Virus record (IMG/VR): IMGVR_UViG_3300023202_000383 | Location: 186,001 to 250,000 of that record | Reading direction: 5' to 3' (one strand) | Length of the DNA stretch: 64,000 nucleotides | Part shown: positions 44,761 to 55,014 of the stretch, piece after piece | How the letters are laid out: every line of letters begins with the position of its first letter | Numbering within the stretch: position 1 is the stretch's first letter | Notes under the pieces: model-generated | The model's database searches: none | The model's input: the letters and a program-made list of their open reading frames with translations, nothing else | What the model was told of the DNA's origin: nothing | Translations under genes and position numbers: made by a program

Positions 44761-45408
44761 ATGAACGTCGATAAGTTTATGTATTTTTGGCCACCGAGAG
44801 CCAAGACTTCAGTAAAATTCGGATCTGACCATCAGAAAAAGCTCGCTGATTCGAATTTGTGGGTCGCACAATTCAAGCTCAATGGGCAACGCAACCTGAC
44901 ATATATTGACCCAGATGGAAATTTTCAATTCTGGAATAGGCACAAAGAGGAACATAGAAGTTACAGTCCGCCCGATTTCCTCAGGGACGAACTTAGAGAC
45001 GTTCTTGGAGTCGAACGAGGCAAATGGTCGGTGTTTGATGGTGAACTTCTCCACTTGAAGGATAAAACCATCAAGAACACTATCTATCTGTTTGACGTTC
45101 TAGTCTTTAATGGCAAATTCTTGTTGAATTCCACTTATTTCGATAGACATCAATTGCTTCGGGAAACAACAGGCACCACCGATGCTAGCAGAGACGACAT
45201 TGCAATCAAGCCAACTAAGCACGTTTGGGTTGCAGACACATTGCGGCCTAACGAGTGGGACGATGCATGGAAGCATACCGACATTAGCTATATTGAAGGA
45301 TTTGTATTCAAGAAGGTCGATGCTAGATTGAAACCGTGCATCGTGGAGAAGAATAACACTGAGTGGCAAATTCGCTGCCGCAAACCAACCAAGAACTATC
45401 AGTTTTAA
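44761..45408 (+). CDS. ATP-dependent ligase adenylation domain (stand-alone)
   Basis: Motif I KLNG.R, III FDGEL, IIIa FDVL, IV EGFVFK; no OB domain. Confidence 0.75.
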   Translation: MNVDKFMYFWPPRAKTSVKFGSDHQKKLADSNLWVAQFKLNGQRNLTYIDPDGNFQFWNRHKEEHRSYSPPDFLRDELRDVLGVERGKWSVFDGELLHLKDKTIKNTIYLFDVLVFNGKFLLNSTYFDRHQLLRETTGTTDASRDDIAIKPTKHVWVADTLRPNEWDDAWKHTDISYIEGFVFKKVDARLKPCIVEKNNTEWQIRCRKPTKNYQF

Positions 45409-45417
45409 AGGCATCAA

Positions 45418-45801
45418 ATGTACACAATAGGTAATATTATATACGGCATTCCGCTTACGGAAGAACTTGAAAGAGCATTAGACAAATGCGGCATCGAAGA
45501 AGTCGAGTGTGTCGATTTCAATACGTATTATAGTGGTCACAGCGATTATACACCGGGCTACTTAGGCGTTGAATTGAAGAGATTTGATGAATGCAGCGGG
45601 AACATTCTCCTTAGCGAATTAGATGTTGATCTGTCAGGATCGCAACGGAAAGAAGTGGAGAAATTGGTAAATGCGCTTCCGGAGAGGATCGAAGAATATG
45701 TTGATGACGACCCTGAAGTTGGCGATGATGTGATGCAGCAAGTAAAACACATATTAAATGGGTTGAAGATCGACAAATACATCATTTGGAGCACCAGTTA
45801 A
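45418..45801 (+). CDS. Hypothetical acidic protein
   Basis: 127 aa. Confidence 0.7.
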   Translation: MYTIGNIIYGIPLTEELERALDKCGIEEVECVDFNTYYSGHSDYTPGYLGVELKRFDECSGNILLSELDVDLSGSQRKEVEKLVNALPERIEEYVDDDPEVGDDVMQQVKHILNGLKIDKYIIWSTS

Positions 45802-45811
45802 GGAACAGCAA

Positions 45812-46144
45812 ATGCACAGAGCATGGGATGTCTATCGCACCGCACTAAACGAGCATACGGGACGTCTTTACCGTAAACATCTCGATACCGTTTTCTACAA
45901 CGATGGCTGCGATGAGCAGTACGTCCATTCCTCGCTTATCAACCACGACGGTTTCCCTTCAGATATCGAAATTGAGGGAGATGGGCTTGCTATTTGTTCC
46001 GCTTGTGAGGAGACTATTCCCGTAAGTGCTGTGAATTGCCCCCATTGCAAAGCCTATCTCGAAGATGAGTACAAATATCCCCACGTTTTTCCAATCAGTC
46101 GTGAAGTTTTGGAATATGCAGGAGAACTAGATGAAGACAGTTAA
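45812..46144 (+). CDS. Hypothetical protein with Zn ribbon
   Basis: CSAC......CPHC. Confidence 0.7.
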   Translation: MHRAWDVYRTALNEHTGRLYRKHLDTVFYNDGCDEQYVHSSLINHDGFPSDIEIEGDGLAICSACEETIPVSAVNCPHCKAYLEDEYKYPHVFPISREVLEYAGELDEDS

Positions 46145-46586
46145 TGGGAAGCTAGAGGACAATGGAGACGGAACGTGGGCATTTACTTACATGAGCGAAT
46201 CAGTCACTCTGACTGATGAAGAGGTGAAGGAGTTCACGTCTCCGCCCCAAGAGTTGTCAGAGGAAGAATTACGCGAGATTGCAGAGGGAATCTACCACGG
46301 TAGGATTTTTTGTGACCGCCAGGTACATACTCCGCAAGAAATTCCAATGGTCTTCATGCCATTAGCACTTATGGATGACAAAGGCCGGGCTTCCATGATC
46401 TTGCAAGACGCCAATTTTGTCTATGAGTATGTCGAGAAGGCCGGTCCTAGATCGATTAATGGCATGCCGTGCTTTTTCTCGATGCGATTTCTCACAACTG
46501 ATCAAGCAAAAAAGGTTCTTGATTGTCATCACGAAATGGTAGAAGCACGTAAGGACGCCAATGAGACAGACGACGCTAGTAAATGA
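46131..46586 (+). CDS. Hypothetical phage protein
   Basis: 151 aa, GGAG RBS. Confidence 0.7.
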   Translation: MKTVNGKLEDNGDGTWAFTYMSESVTLTDEEVKEFTSPPQELSEEELREIAEGIYHGRIFCDRQVHTPQEIPMVFMPLALMDDKGRASMILQDANFVYEYVEKAGPRSINGMPCFFSMRFLTTDQAKKVLDCHHEMVEARKDANETDDASK

Positions 46587-47568
46587 CAAAATATGCGACC
46601 AAGTAAGAGCCGCATTGTCCAATAGCATTCATGATGTCCATGCTACTGCTAATTACTATCCATCCAACATGGTTTATGAGATCGTAGTACGGCATATGAC
46701 GAATGTCATATTTAAAGAAACGATTCCAGCATGCGATGGCTCGGTTTTATATGATTATATTGGTAAAATCAAGGATATCATCGATGATTATCTCGTAAGC
46801 TATAACAAATTGATGATTAAATGCGATCATTCAATAGAAGAAGTTAAGGTGCCACAGTCGTCATTCAAAATAGTTGATCATGGATTTGGTGCATGTTCAT
46901 ATCAGAGCGTTGGTTATACTAGATATTGTTGGGTTTGGTTCGATATTGTTGGTACACACCGACAATGGCTCAGATTCTATTGGAACAGGGACGATATCAA
47001 GCTGGACAAAATAAAGGATACACTGGAAAGAGATCGTAAGAATCGAGTTTATGAAGATAGCATAGGCGATAACAATCCTCCAAATTGTTTCTTGGTCGAT
47101 GATTCATTAGAAACGATGGTTATGTCATTTATTGATGGCAACGAGAAGCTTCTCAATATGGCCAAGAATCTGCCATTAAATAGATTAGGAACGAGAGAAG
47201 ACACCGAATGGAGTATCGTAATAAAACTCCGGCAGGGCGATGATTTAGTTCCATGCACAAATGGGACATCTGGCAATCCAGACGCTGATCTATGGATTGT
47301 TATCATAGATAACAACAATCAATATACGAACAAAATCGTGAAGGGTTTTGGAATGTCTCTGAGAGACAGCGGCGCAAAGGCTTTTAATCTTGAGAAGGCA
47401 GACAGACAATCGCCATTTATCGATGTAGACGAAGTGTCCATAATAAAGAGCAATAGATTTCACGCACAGTATCAGTACAAGATAACCGATCCGGTAAGAG
47501 AAGACGATGAATACTTGCCAATGATATTAAAGGAGAATATGCCAAGTGACGTATCAGGAAGCCGTTAA
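46561..47568 (+). CDS. Hypothetical, family B-like C-domain
   Basis: GTSGNPDADLWIVIID. Confidence 0.65.
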   Translation: MRQTTLVNDKICDQVRAALSNSIHDVHATANYYPSNMVYEIVVRHMTNVIFKETIPACDGSVLYDYIGKIKDIIDDYLVSYNKLMIKCDHSIEEVKVPQSSFKIVDHGFGACSYQSVGYTRYCWVWFDIVGTHRQWLRFYWNRDDIKLDKIKDTLERDRKNRVYEDSIGDNNPPNCFLVDDSLETMVMSFIDGNEKLLNMAKNLPLNRLGTREDTEWSIVIKLRQGDDLVPCTNGTSGNPDADLWIVIIDNNNQYTNKIVKGFGMSLRDSGAKAFNLEKADRQSPFIDVDEVSIIKSNRFHAQYQYKITDPVREDDEYLPMILKENMPSDVSGSR

Positions 47569-48337
47569 CTTGGAGAGCGGGGATACTAGTGCCTTGCTGT
47601 TCAAGCTCGTAGAGTACTTTGAATCACATGGGTACTCCGTAAATACCAAGAAATTCTGGGTCGACGAATATGCTGGCCACGATGGGCGACATAAGAGAAT
47701 ATATATGGAGAAAGGAGAGAAACCTCCCACTAAGCCATCCGGTCTAGCAAAAGCATCATATATATCTGTGGTGGCCAAGAAAGAGACTACATCAGTTAGA
47801 TTCAACGATTTTGATAAATCTATTGATCTATATTACTCGACAAAACCACAATCAGAAGGCGGATCATATAGAAAGGTAGCTGGGGCATCGATAGATACCA
47901 ATAAATTCTTCTACGAGAGAAATCTCAGATCGCTCCTTGATAAGATTGACACTATCAACAGAACCGGGTCTTTAAAATCGGCCATATTCTCAACCGTCGA
48001 TTTTGATGGCGATAGATTCATACATGGCATTGGTGTTACGACCATAAACAACACAATTTCTTCGGCCAGCGTTAAAGGGATCATCACAATAGATGACAAT
48101 GGTAATATTAGAGAAGTCAAAGATGATCCAGATGCAGATGCATGGTTCCTGATAGAAGTTCAGTACAGATATGTGAATAGGCAGCCTGCAGATATCATAA
48201 CCGATGGTTCTAGTTGGGCACCAATACAAAAGAATCAGATAGTGTCTTTAGATCAGAGCATACCAAGGCTTACGCTCATAGATAGGGATTTAATTGAGGA
48301 AGCACTGGCCAGATATGTCAGCAAGCAGAATGGCTAG
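47546..48337 (+). CDS. Hypothetical, family B C-domain
   Basis: ITIDDNGNIREVKDDPDADAWFLIEV. Confidence 0.7.
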   Translation: MTYQEAVNLESGDTSALLFKLVEYFESHGYSVNTKKFWVDEYAGHDGRHKRIYMEKGEKPPTKPSGLAKASYISVVAKKETTSVRFNDFDKSIDLYYSTKPQSEGGSYRKVAGASIDTNKFFYERNLRSLLDKIDTINRTGSLKSAIFSTVDFDGDRFIHGIGVTTINNTISSASVKGIITIDDNGNIREVKDDPDADAWFLIEVQYRYVNRQPADIITDGSSWAPIQKNQIVSLDQSIPRLTLIDRDLIEEALARYVSKQNG

Positions 48338-49995
48338 ATCACTATTTGCCACTTCTTTTTGCCAATATCGTGCACTTTTTTGTAACCGTTAGATATAAGT
48401 TCAGATTCGCTCTGGTCTCTTCTTCTATGGTATCTGATGCCATTTCGCATCCAACAATACGTTGGTGGCACATCTTTGATTTTTTGCATTCTCATATGTT
48501 CGTAAACCTTTCCATCGAACAGCCTATTATCGCTAAATGTTATAAGAGAGCCATTTATCAATTTATTTGATTTTATCCATTTCATTAGGTATGACCAGAT
48601 CCCATGAATTTTTATGGCCGGGTTTCTAGCCATCCTAGATATCTCCCAATCGTCTTTACAATTTATCCCACTAGGCTTTCTTATGGACAAGCATGCTGAC
48701 AGATTTCCATAAGCAAATACCCCAATATTATAAGATGCCGGGACACCACCCATGTAATGATACATATCATAAAATAACTTAGCTTCCTGGTTATCTATTA
48801 ATTTTATTTCGCATTTTTGTGGCCTTACTGATCTTGTTGGTTTTGCGCCAATTCCTTTTATAATATCTCGTTTTCTAGATATTTCATCGCCAAACAACTT
48901 CAATTTGCCGACGTTATATAAATCTGATTGTGCGTCTCTTATTTTATCAACTGCGTCTAAAAATATATTATCGTCCCATTTCCATTTAGCCAGATTTATG
49001 CATCTAGCAGTTATTCTAATATTGTCCGATTTATATCCTCTGCGTGAATTAATTCTGTCTATAGATGGAGCAAGCGGGCCTGATATTCTGTTATCTAGCG
49101 GCACACCAGACAATCCGCATCTGAGGATTCCATCCGAACTATGATCCAATATCGTTTGTCTGATATCAGATTCTATTAAGTTGAATTTATATTTTCTAAG
49201 TGATCCGGGGTTTGTGTAGATTCCGTTTATTGCAGATTTTGTTCTTTGTTTTATAGTTTCGTGTTCTGCCCATCCCCAATCTTGGTTATTTTCTGTGTTC
49301 AAGCCGTATATCGCAGCGCAGGCATCAATATCGTCCCATTTATTTCTACATAGACTATAAGTTAGTGCGACTATTCTAATATTATTTGGTTCATATCCCC
49401 TGGCATTGTCTATTCTATCAATAGACGGAGACAGGGGATCACTCATGGTGTCTAAAAGTTCGACTCCCGTTACAGAACATTTCATGTTGCATTCTTCTAG
49501 AATCCTTCTAACATCTTTTATCCCGATAGAAAATGATTTATGTCCAATTGCAGTTCTGATCTTACCATCTTTGACTTTTTTCCTTTTAGATTCAATAAGT
49601 TTGTGTTCAATTTTCAGACTTGATGGTCTAGTATAATCTGACTTGGAATATTTTTTGTAAGTTAGTTTTTTGCACTCTTTGCATTTACTGTCATAGTGCC
49701 ATGCAGATGTTGGTTCCTTGCAACAAGGAAAGAATGCATCAAAAGGTAATTCTTTTAAACAATTAGAGCATACTTTATGGTCTGGCTGGAGATTATTCTT
49801 TTCTTTTCGCCGCGACACATTCTTTTGTGCAGCAGCTTTTCTAGCATGATATCGCTCTCTTGCTGATTTATTTAGGCAATCTATGCATCTAGCAGTCAAC
49901 CCATGTTTTTGCCCCGGCCTTCGTTTCTTTTTTCTAAATTTATCGACAGGAAGGCTATTCAAACATTTAGTACATTTTTTGGTATCTTCTGGCAT
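48334..49995 (-). CDS. Endonuclease fusion: Zn ribbons + two His-Me-finger (HNH-like) repeats + Hef/GNAT-like C-domain
   Basis: CSVTG...SPSIDRID..RGY..NNIRI and CGLSG...APSIDRIN..RGY..DNIRI; YHYMGG...WEISRM...ITFSDNRLFDGKVY; start ATG 49995. Confidence 0.7.
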   Translation of the reverse strand: MPEDTKKCTKCLNSLPVDKFRKKKRRPGQKHGLTARCIDCLNKSARERYHARKAAAQKNVSRRKEKNNLQPDHKVCSNCLKELPFDAFFPCCKEPTSAWHYDSKCKECKKLTYKKYSKSDYTRPSSLKIEHKLIESKRKKVKDGKIRTAIGHKSFSIGIKDVRRILEECNMKCSVTGVELLDTMSDPLSPSIDRIDNARGYEPNNIRIVALTYSLCRNKWDDIDACAAIYGLNTENNQDWGWAEHETIKQRTKSAINGIYTNPGSLRKYKFNLIESDIRQTILDHSSDGILRCGLSGVPLDNRISGPLAPSIDRINSRRGYKSDNIRITARCINLAKWKWDDNIFLDAVDKIRDAQSDLYNVGKLKLFGDEISRKRDIIKGIGAKPTRSVRPQKCEIKLIDNQEAKLFYDMYHYMGGVPASYNIGVFAYGNLSACLSIRKPSGINCKDDWEISRMARNPAIKIHGIWSYLMKWIKSNKLINGSLITFSDNRLFDGKVYEHMRMQKIKDVPPTYCWMRNGIRYHRRRDQSESELISNGYKKVHDIGKKKWQIVI

Positions 49996-50138
49996 TTTAA
50001 ATCCTCTATGTGTATTATACATTATATTTGAACGAGGGGACATCGAGGCAGAAGCATCACAATTTTTGCTGAAACGTCGCAGCGCGACAAGACGCTGCAA
50101 GAAGTCTCTCACCGCGTCTCAAAGATAAGGAGAAGCAA

Positions 50139-51371
50139 ATGCGGGTGAAGCAACTTAAAGAAGCGACCATGTTGTGTCGCGAAGCTGGCGTCACAGCTTT
50201 CGTATGGGGCCACCGTGGCGTTGGTAAGTCCTCGATCATTCGGCAGGTCTGCGATGAACACCAGATGGGATGCATCGACCTTCGATGCAGCCAGCTGGAA
50301 GCGTCCGACCTCCGTGGTCTCCCCGACCGGATCGACGGTCGTACGGTGTTCTGTCCTCCGGAAGACATGCCGCGTGGCGGTCTGTCGTTCGAGGAATACG
50401 CCAAGCGACTGGAAGACGATCCGGATAACGCCTACAAGCTGGCAGTCGAACTGCAGCCGCAGATCAACAACGGCATCCTGTTCCTGGACGAGTTGAATCG
50501 TGCACAAGATGACGTGATTCAGGCTGTGTTCCAGCTGGTTCTGGACCGCCGCCTGGGTCAGTACGCCCTGCCTCCGGGCTGGTCGGTGGTCGTCGCGGGC
50601 AACTACATGGAAGGTTACATGACCAACGGGTTCACCGATGCAGCCTTCATCGATCGATTCTGCCACATGCAGCTGTCGGTCGGTGAGTCGACCCTCGAAG
50701 AGTGGGTCAACTACATGTCCAAGGTCCACGAGCAGGGTGCGACGCAGGTGATCGAATTCGCCTCGCAGAATGTCAAGCATCTCGACGGCGAAGTCAAGGG
50801 TGAGATGGGCTTCTCGGTCCAACCCTCCCGACGTTCGTGGGAAGCGGTTGTCCGTGTCGAAGCCGCCTTCAAGGAATCCAAGCACTCCTACTCCGAAGAT
50901 ACCCGCCACGCTGTTTTGGCTGGTTTGCTCGGATGGGAACTGGCGACGTCCTATTCGCGATACAACTGCCCGGTCCGTCCAGACATGGTCATCAAGCAGG
51001 GTGTCAAGTCCCTCGAAGGCAAGCTGGCCAAGCTCAACCGCAACCAGCTGACCGGTCTGATGTGGGGCTTGGCTTCCAAGCTCAAGAACAAGGTGGACGA
51101 AGAGAAGGAAGGCAAGATCGCACTGGACTTCGTCCGGTGGATGTGCAAGCACGCGAACGACAAGGATATCGCAGTGGCGTTCTGTAACGTCATGGTCGGC
51201 GGTGACGAGTTCGTCCGCGAGCGGCACGCGATGATCTCCAACCCGAACATCGCCAACCTGTTCAAGAAGTACCGCAACAAGGATGCCAAGAAGACGTTCA
51301 TCGACCGTCTGACGGACGATCCGGAACTGCAGGAGCTGGTGTCCCGAACCGCCTGGGGCAAGGAGAAGTAA
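50139..51371 (+). CDS. MoxR-like AAA+ ATPase
   Basis: GHRGVGKS, SQLEASDLRGLP, ILFLDELNRA, VVVAGN, AFIDRF, SRRSWE; GC-rich codons; AGGAG RBS. Confidence 0.9.
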   Translation: MRVKQLKEATMLCREAGVTAFVWGHRGVGKSSIIRQVCDEHQMGCIDLRCSQLEASDLRGLPDRIDGRTVFCPPEDMPRGGLSFEEYAKRLEDDPDNAYKLAVELQPQINNGILFLDELNRAQDDVIQAVFQLVLDRRLGQYALPPGWSVVVAGNYMEGYMTNGFTDAAFIDRFCHMQLSVGESTLEEWVNYMSKVHEQGATQVIEFASQNVKHLDGEVKGEMGFSVQPSRRSWEAVVRVEAAFKESKHSYSEDTRHAVLAGLLGWELATSYSRYNCPVRPDMVIKQGVKSLEGKLAKLNRNQLTGLMWGLASKLKNKVDEEKEGKIALDFVRWMCKHANDKDIAVAFCNVMVGGDEFVRERHAMISNPNIANLFKKYRNKDAKKTFIDRLTDDPELQELVSRTAWGKEK

Positions 51372-51377
51372 CCCGCA

Positions 51378-51425
51378 GCATACGGGGGCTACCGGTGATC
51401 AATTGCCGGTAGCCCTTCCGTATGC
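51378..51425 (+). terminator. Long 3' hairpin after the AAA gene
   Basis: GCATACGG/CCGTATGC plus GGGCTACCGG/CCGGTAGCCC stems; no clear U-tract. Confidence 0.55.
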
Positions 51426-51467
51426 ATATGTTGTGTGAGGTATGTTCTCTATCCCTAGGAGGTCTGC

Positions 51468-51755
51468 ATGGACCGTCATGTTATAATCGACGAGGACCAA
51501 GATGTCCCTCAAACTACCGTAATAGAAGTAACAGACAGCGATTTCGAATCGATCGTTGATGCTATCAGTGGATGCATGGTTGGTGATGATGTGTTCACTA
51601 TCGATGATGCGATCAAAGCCAGAACGACCAGGATGCTTCTGAATCTGCAGTATTCAGAGCATACTGCTTTCATCTTCGACAAGTGGATGATAGAGACGTC
51701 GCTACTCACTGTCCTACAACAAGGATATAAGTATTCAGAACACCGAGATGCCTAG
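51468..51755 (+). CDS. Hypothetical protein
   Basis: AGGAGG RBS; the same frame stays open 67 codons past its TAG. Confidence 0.65.
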   Translation: MDRHVIIDEDQDVPQTTVIEVTDSDFESIVDAISGCMVGDDVFTIDDAIKARTTRMLLNLQYSEHTAFIFDKWMIETSLLTVLQQGYKYSEHRDA

Positions 51756-51921
51756 TGCGCCCAAACCGACATAAACGGCCCGATAGTCGAAGTCAAGCGT
51801 ATCGTAGATGTCGAAATCGTTAGATTTGTCAAGGATGATAATGGCCCGTCGCTCAACAATGACAAGCATTGGCTGGTCAAGAATCCCGAAATCATCATAC
51901 AAATGGTAGAGGACTTCATCA

Positions 51922-52209
51922 ATGAGCAACAGCCCGATCATCGCGGAAGCTATTCTTAACGATATTATTGTAAAATGTATGTCGATCAAGGACTTGTCTA
52001 TAGACAAGAACAACGAATATGTAAGATTATCTTCTAGTCAAGGAAGCGACGCTAAAATCAACGATAACAGAATAGATATTTGCATCAAGAAGAGATTAAG
52101 ATTCGATTCTGCTGATCCATCATTTAATCCCAATAAAATATCAGATTTGATATCATCTATTGTTAGGTTAGCCGAACCATCACTGGAGACAGGAAGTGCC
52201 CAAACCTGA
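51922..52209 (+). CDS. Hypothetical, family A paralogue
   Basis: FDSADPSFNPNKISDLI. Confidence 0.7.
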   Translation: MSNSPIIAEAILNDIIVKCMSIKDLSIDKNNEYVRLSSSQGSDAKINDNRIDICIKKRLRFDSADPSFNPNKISDLISSIVRLAEPSLETGSAQT

Positions 52210-52705
52210 TGTCAAAATAGCAATCTCCGCTATGAGCGGAATGATCGCTAAGATACGCGACAATGACAACAGGTTCAAATCGCAAGAACAGTTCGTGTTG
52301 GAATTCGGTAGGCATTGGGAGCCGATGCCACTTCCTGATGAATTTGAAGCCATGGAGCCAAAACAATGTTTTGGTAATGCATTCAATTTGGTTTTGGCGA
52401 ACCGAGACCTGACATATGTTGAGGGATATGGGATCTCTAACTCAGTTCCGATCCCTATTCAGCATGCCTGGGCTGTTGATAAATCCGGGAATGTTGTTGA
52501 TCCTACTTGGGCAAATCCAGAAGAAAGATCATACTTCGGCATCCCGTTTAAATTCGATTTCGTCAGAGACACAGTGATAGAAAAAGAAACGTACGGCGTT
52601 ATCGATGATTGGGCGCGTGGATGGCCTCTATTGACTGAATTGTGGAAAGAACCTGAGAAATGGTTGGAATTACAGGAGATTGAAAATGTATCAGAAAGCA
52701 CTTGA
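52196..52705 (+). CDS. Phage protein with papain/transglutaminase-like C-H-D motifs
   Basis: KQCFGNA, YVEGY, QHAWAVD, VVDPTW. Confidence 0.55.
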   Translation: MPKPDVKIAISAMSGMIAKIRDNDNRFKSQEQFVLEFGRHWEPMPLPDEFEAMEPKQCFGNAFNLVLANRDLTYVEGYGISNSVPIPIQHAWAVDKSGNVVDPTWANPEERSYFGIPFKFDFVRDTVIEKETYGVIDDWARGWPLLTELWKEPEKWLELQEIENVSEST

Positions 52706-52826
52706 CGTTGCAATAGCACACGCAGGACAAATGGACTCCGAATCGGTCGCTGTTCGACTAGTTTAACCTGTTCTAAATTCCCTTGTAACAGATATAAAAA
52801 GCCAAGCGATACTTGGAGAGGGGACA

Positions 52827-53090
52827 ATGGTAGTTTTTATTATCAACAATTCAAGAGAAGTCGAGACGAATTGGTGGGTAATAGATATGTCGCTGTGGCG
52901 ACCTGCTTCACTGGAAGAACAAGAAGTCTATAATGCTATTACCAACGCCATTAATGCCCCCGTAGGAAACAGGTGGTACTCGGAAATGGGATATAGAACT
53001 TCGGGCGTTCTGGGTCAATATGCGAAAAATGCATTACTTGTGCCGCCATGTAAAATAGACATTGTTGTGGAATGCTTTTCGGAAGTCTAG
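52827..53090 (+). CDS. Hypothetical protein
   Basis: 87 aa with RBS. Confidence 0.5.
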   Translation: MVVFIINNSREVETNWWVIDMSLWRPASLEEQEVYNAITNAINAPVGNRWYSEMGYRTSGVLGQYAKNALLVPPCKIDIVVECFSEV

Positions 53091-53105
53091 TCAGGAGGTT
53101 GTGTA

Positions 53106-53582
53106 ATGGGATGCGACATACATATCTGGGCAGAAACTAAGATCGATGGCAAGTGGCTGCTTTCTACAAAAGCCGCTGGCTTCAATAATCGGAGGCATGA
53201 ATTTAATCATTGTGCTCAAGACGAGGAAGAGAAGTGGAGAAACATGATTGTGGATGCTTCCCCATATGCTGGTCGTAATTATTATTTGTTTGCTATGTTG
53301 GCTAATGTTCGTAATTATCATAACGAAGTTGTGCCAATTTCGGAACCGCGAGGCGTTCCAGATGATGCATCAGATATATATTTAAAGATTGTTAAATTTT
53401 GGGATGGCGATGGGCATAGTCACAGCTATTTAACCTTAAAAGAATTACATGATGCGGTAAATGAAAGAGAAGCCGAATTTGCATCACAAACATATTTCAT
53501 CAAGACGTACGAATACTTGCTAAAACTTGCATCAGATCCTAATGTAGAAGACGTTAGGCTAGTATTTTTCTTTGATAATTAA
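53106..53582 (+). CDS. Conserved hypothetical phage protein (MGCDIH family)
   Basis: MGCDIH, RNY.LFA.LANVRN, PRGVPDD, DGHSHSYLTL.EL, RLVFFFDN. Confidence 0.8.
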   Translation: MGCDIHIWAETKIDGKWLLSTKAAGFNNRRHEFNHCAQDEEEKWRNMIVDASPYAGRNYYLFAMLANVRNYHNEVVPISEPRGVPDDASDIYLKIVKFWDGDGHSHSYLTLKELHDAVNEREAEFASQTYFIKTYEYLLKLASDPNVEDVRLVFFFDN

Positions 53583-53649
53583 TGCCTAGTATGCTAGCAC
53601 AATTCGTGTTTGATCATCTTATATCGGCGGAAACGCTCGACGGAGTTTA

Positions 53650-53943
53650 TTGGAGCAATTCCAGAATAATGCAATAAATGTTTGGGGAAACGCCTTAGTA
53701 GAAATTAAATTTATGGATGGTTTAGTCAGACTGTCCGACGATGAATACGGAATATGGTACGATATTAAGTTTGATCTATGCAATCCGAGATTTGATATGA
53801 AACAATTAGTCGATTTAATAATCGATTGGGTTGAGCGAATCGACTATCAAGTATATGCATATATGCAAGAAAGAAGAAGAATTATGATTAACACGCTCCA
53901 TAAATATGCAATCGATGAAGTCAAAAGACTGGAAGAAGTTTGA
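53650..53943 (+). CDS. Hypothetical, family A paralogue
   Basis: FDLCNPRFDMKQLVDLI. Confidence 0.65.
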   Translation: MEQFQNNAINVWGNALVEIKFMDGLVRLSDDEYGIWYDIKFDLCNPRFDMKQLVDLIIDWVERIDYQVYAYMQERRRIMINTLHKYAIDEVKRLEEV

Positions 53944-54008
53944 TCCGATCAACAAAGATGAAGTAATTGAAGGCATGCAAGAATTGGTAAAAAGGTCAGT
54001 GGAAGCTA

Positions 54009-54482
54009 ATGTTTAAAACAATAAACATCAAAGACAAGACACACGCCATCCTATTTTGGAATGCAAAATGGTCAATATATAGAAGGAATCCAACTGATCA
54101 CTATACATCACATCCCATCACATATACGTCGATGGTATGGTTACCGCCAAACTCGATAACGTTGCCTAGATCGTTCGATCAGCTATCTGTTCCAGGCACG
54201 GAACCAATGATGGTAATCAATATTAAGACTACGCCAGCGTCTACTAGACGCATGAATCGCACACCGAACCCGTTGGAGAGTTACATTTTGTCGAGACTTG
54301 ATGGGAAAGCGTACTTAATAGAGATGGGCGAATATTGGAGTATGGTTAATGATAGAAAAGACGTAGTTCTACATGTAAGTGATTATACTAAATATTATTC
54401 ACCAGAAATACTTGGTCAAGAAGAATTTGATGATATAGTGAAAAAATTCAAGACCAAATTCAGAAAGAAACTTGGTCTATGA
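54009..54482 (+). CDS. Hypothetical, family B-like
   Basis: DQLSVPGTEPMMVINI. Confidence 0.6.
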   Translation: MFKTINIKDKTHAILFWNAKWSIYRRNPTDHYTSHPITYTSMVWLPPNSITLPRSFDQLSVPGTEPMMVINIKTTPASTRRMNRTPNPLESYILSRLDGKAYLIEMGEYWSMVNDRKDVVLHVSDYTKYYSPEILGQEEFDDIVKKFKTKFRKKLGL

Positions 54483-54518
54483 GTTTTTGTTGCCGCCGAG
54501 CAGAGACACCTTCGACAG

Positions 54519-54974
54519 ATGGTGCAGAACGACAAAATACAGCTACCTAAGAAACGTCCATTCGTGACGCCCGCGCCGCCAAGAATATTTGACGGCCCAG
54601 ATGGTATGTTCTATTCATTCAAATATGGGGTTGTAACCAATCTAATTGGTATCTATCAATTCAGTGGTTATAGGTTTCTAACCAAAGATTATGCCAATCC
54701 AGGTTACAAACCGCTACTGTTGTTCATAGCACGATACAGAACCACATGGATCCATGGTATGCGGCCTCCAGTTAGGTCACCCAAGCTGTTTGCTGTTGAT
54801 GATGATGGAGACGGTTACTGGTCTATTGGATCTAAATCTAAGACATGGAACATACGCACTCTGCTAGAACAAGATTACTGGATTCAGAAGACTAGCAGAA
54901 CCACATTGTGCACCGATGTTTTAGATGCCGTTTCCCCAATGATCAAGCGATTCGGCAGTAAGATCAATGAATAG
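54519..54974 (+). CDS. Hypothetical, family B-like
   Basis: KDYANPGYKPLLLFI; preceded by the motif at 54492. Confidence 0.6.
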   Translation: MVQNDKIQLPKKRPFVTPAPPRIFDGPDGMFYSFKYGVVTNLIGIYQFSGYRFLTKDYANPGYKPLLLFIARYRTTWIHGMRPPVRSPKLFAVDDDGDGYWSIGSKSKTWNIRTLLEQDYWIQKTSRTTLCTDVLDAVSPMIKRFGSKINE

Positions 54975-55014
54975 CATCAGAATTGGGATTTAACTCTAAA
55001 ACAAAACGAGGAGA

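Noticed and set aside
50109-51227. 372-aa minus-strand ORF
   Set aside because: Antisense shadow of the MoxR ATPase.
52687-52767. 26-aa ORF resembling an HD-domain N-terminus (KALDVAIAHAGQMD)
   Set aside because: Too short to support; no downstream HD motif found.
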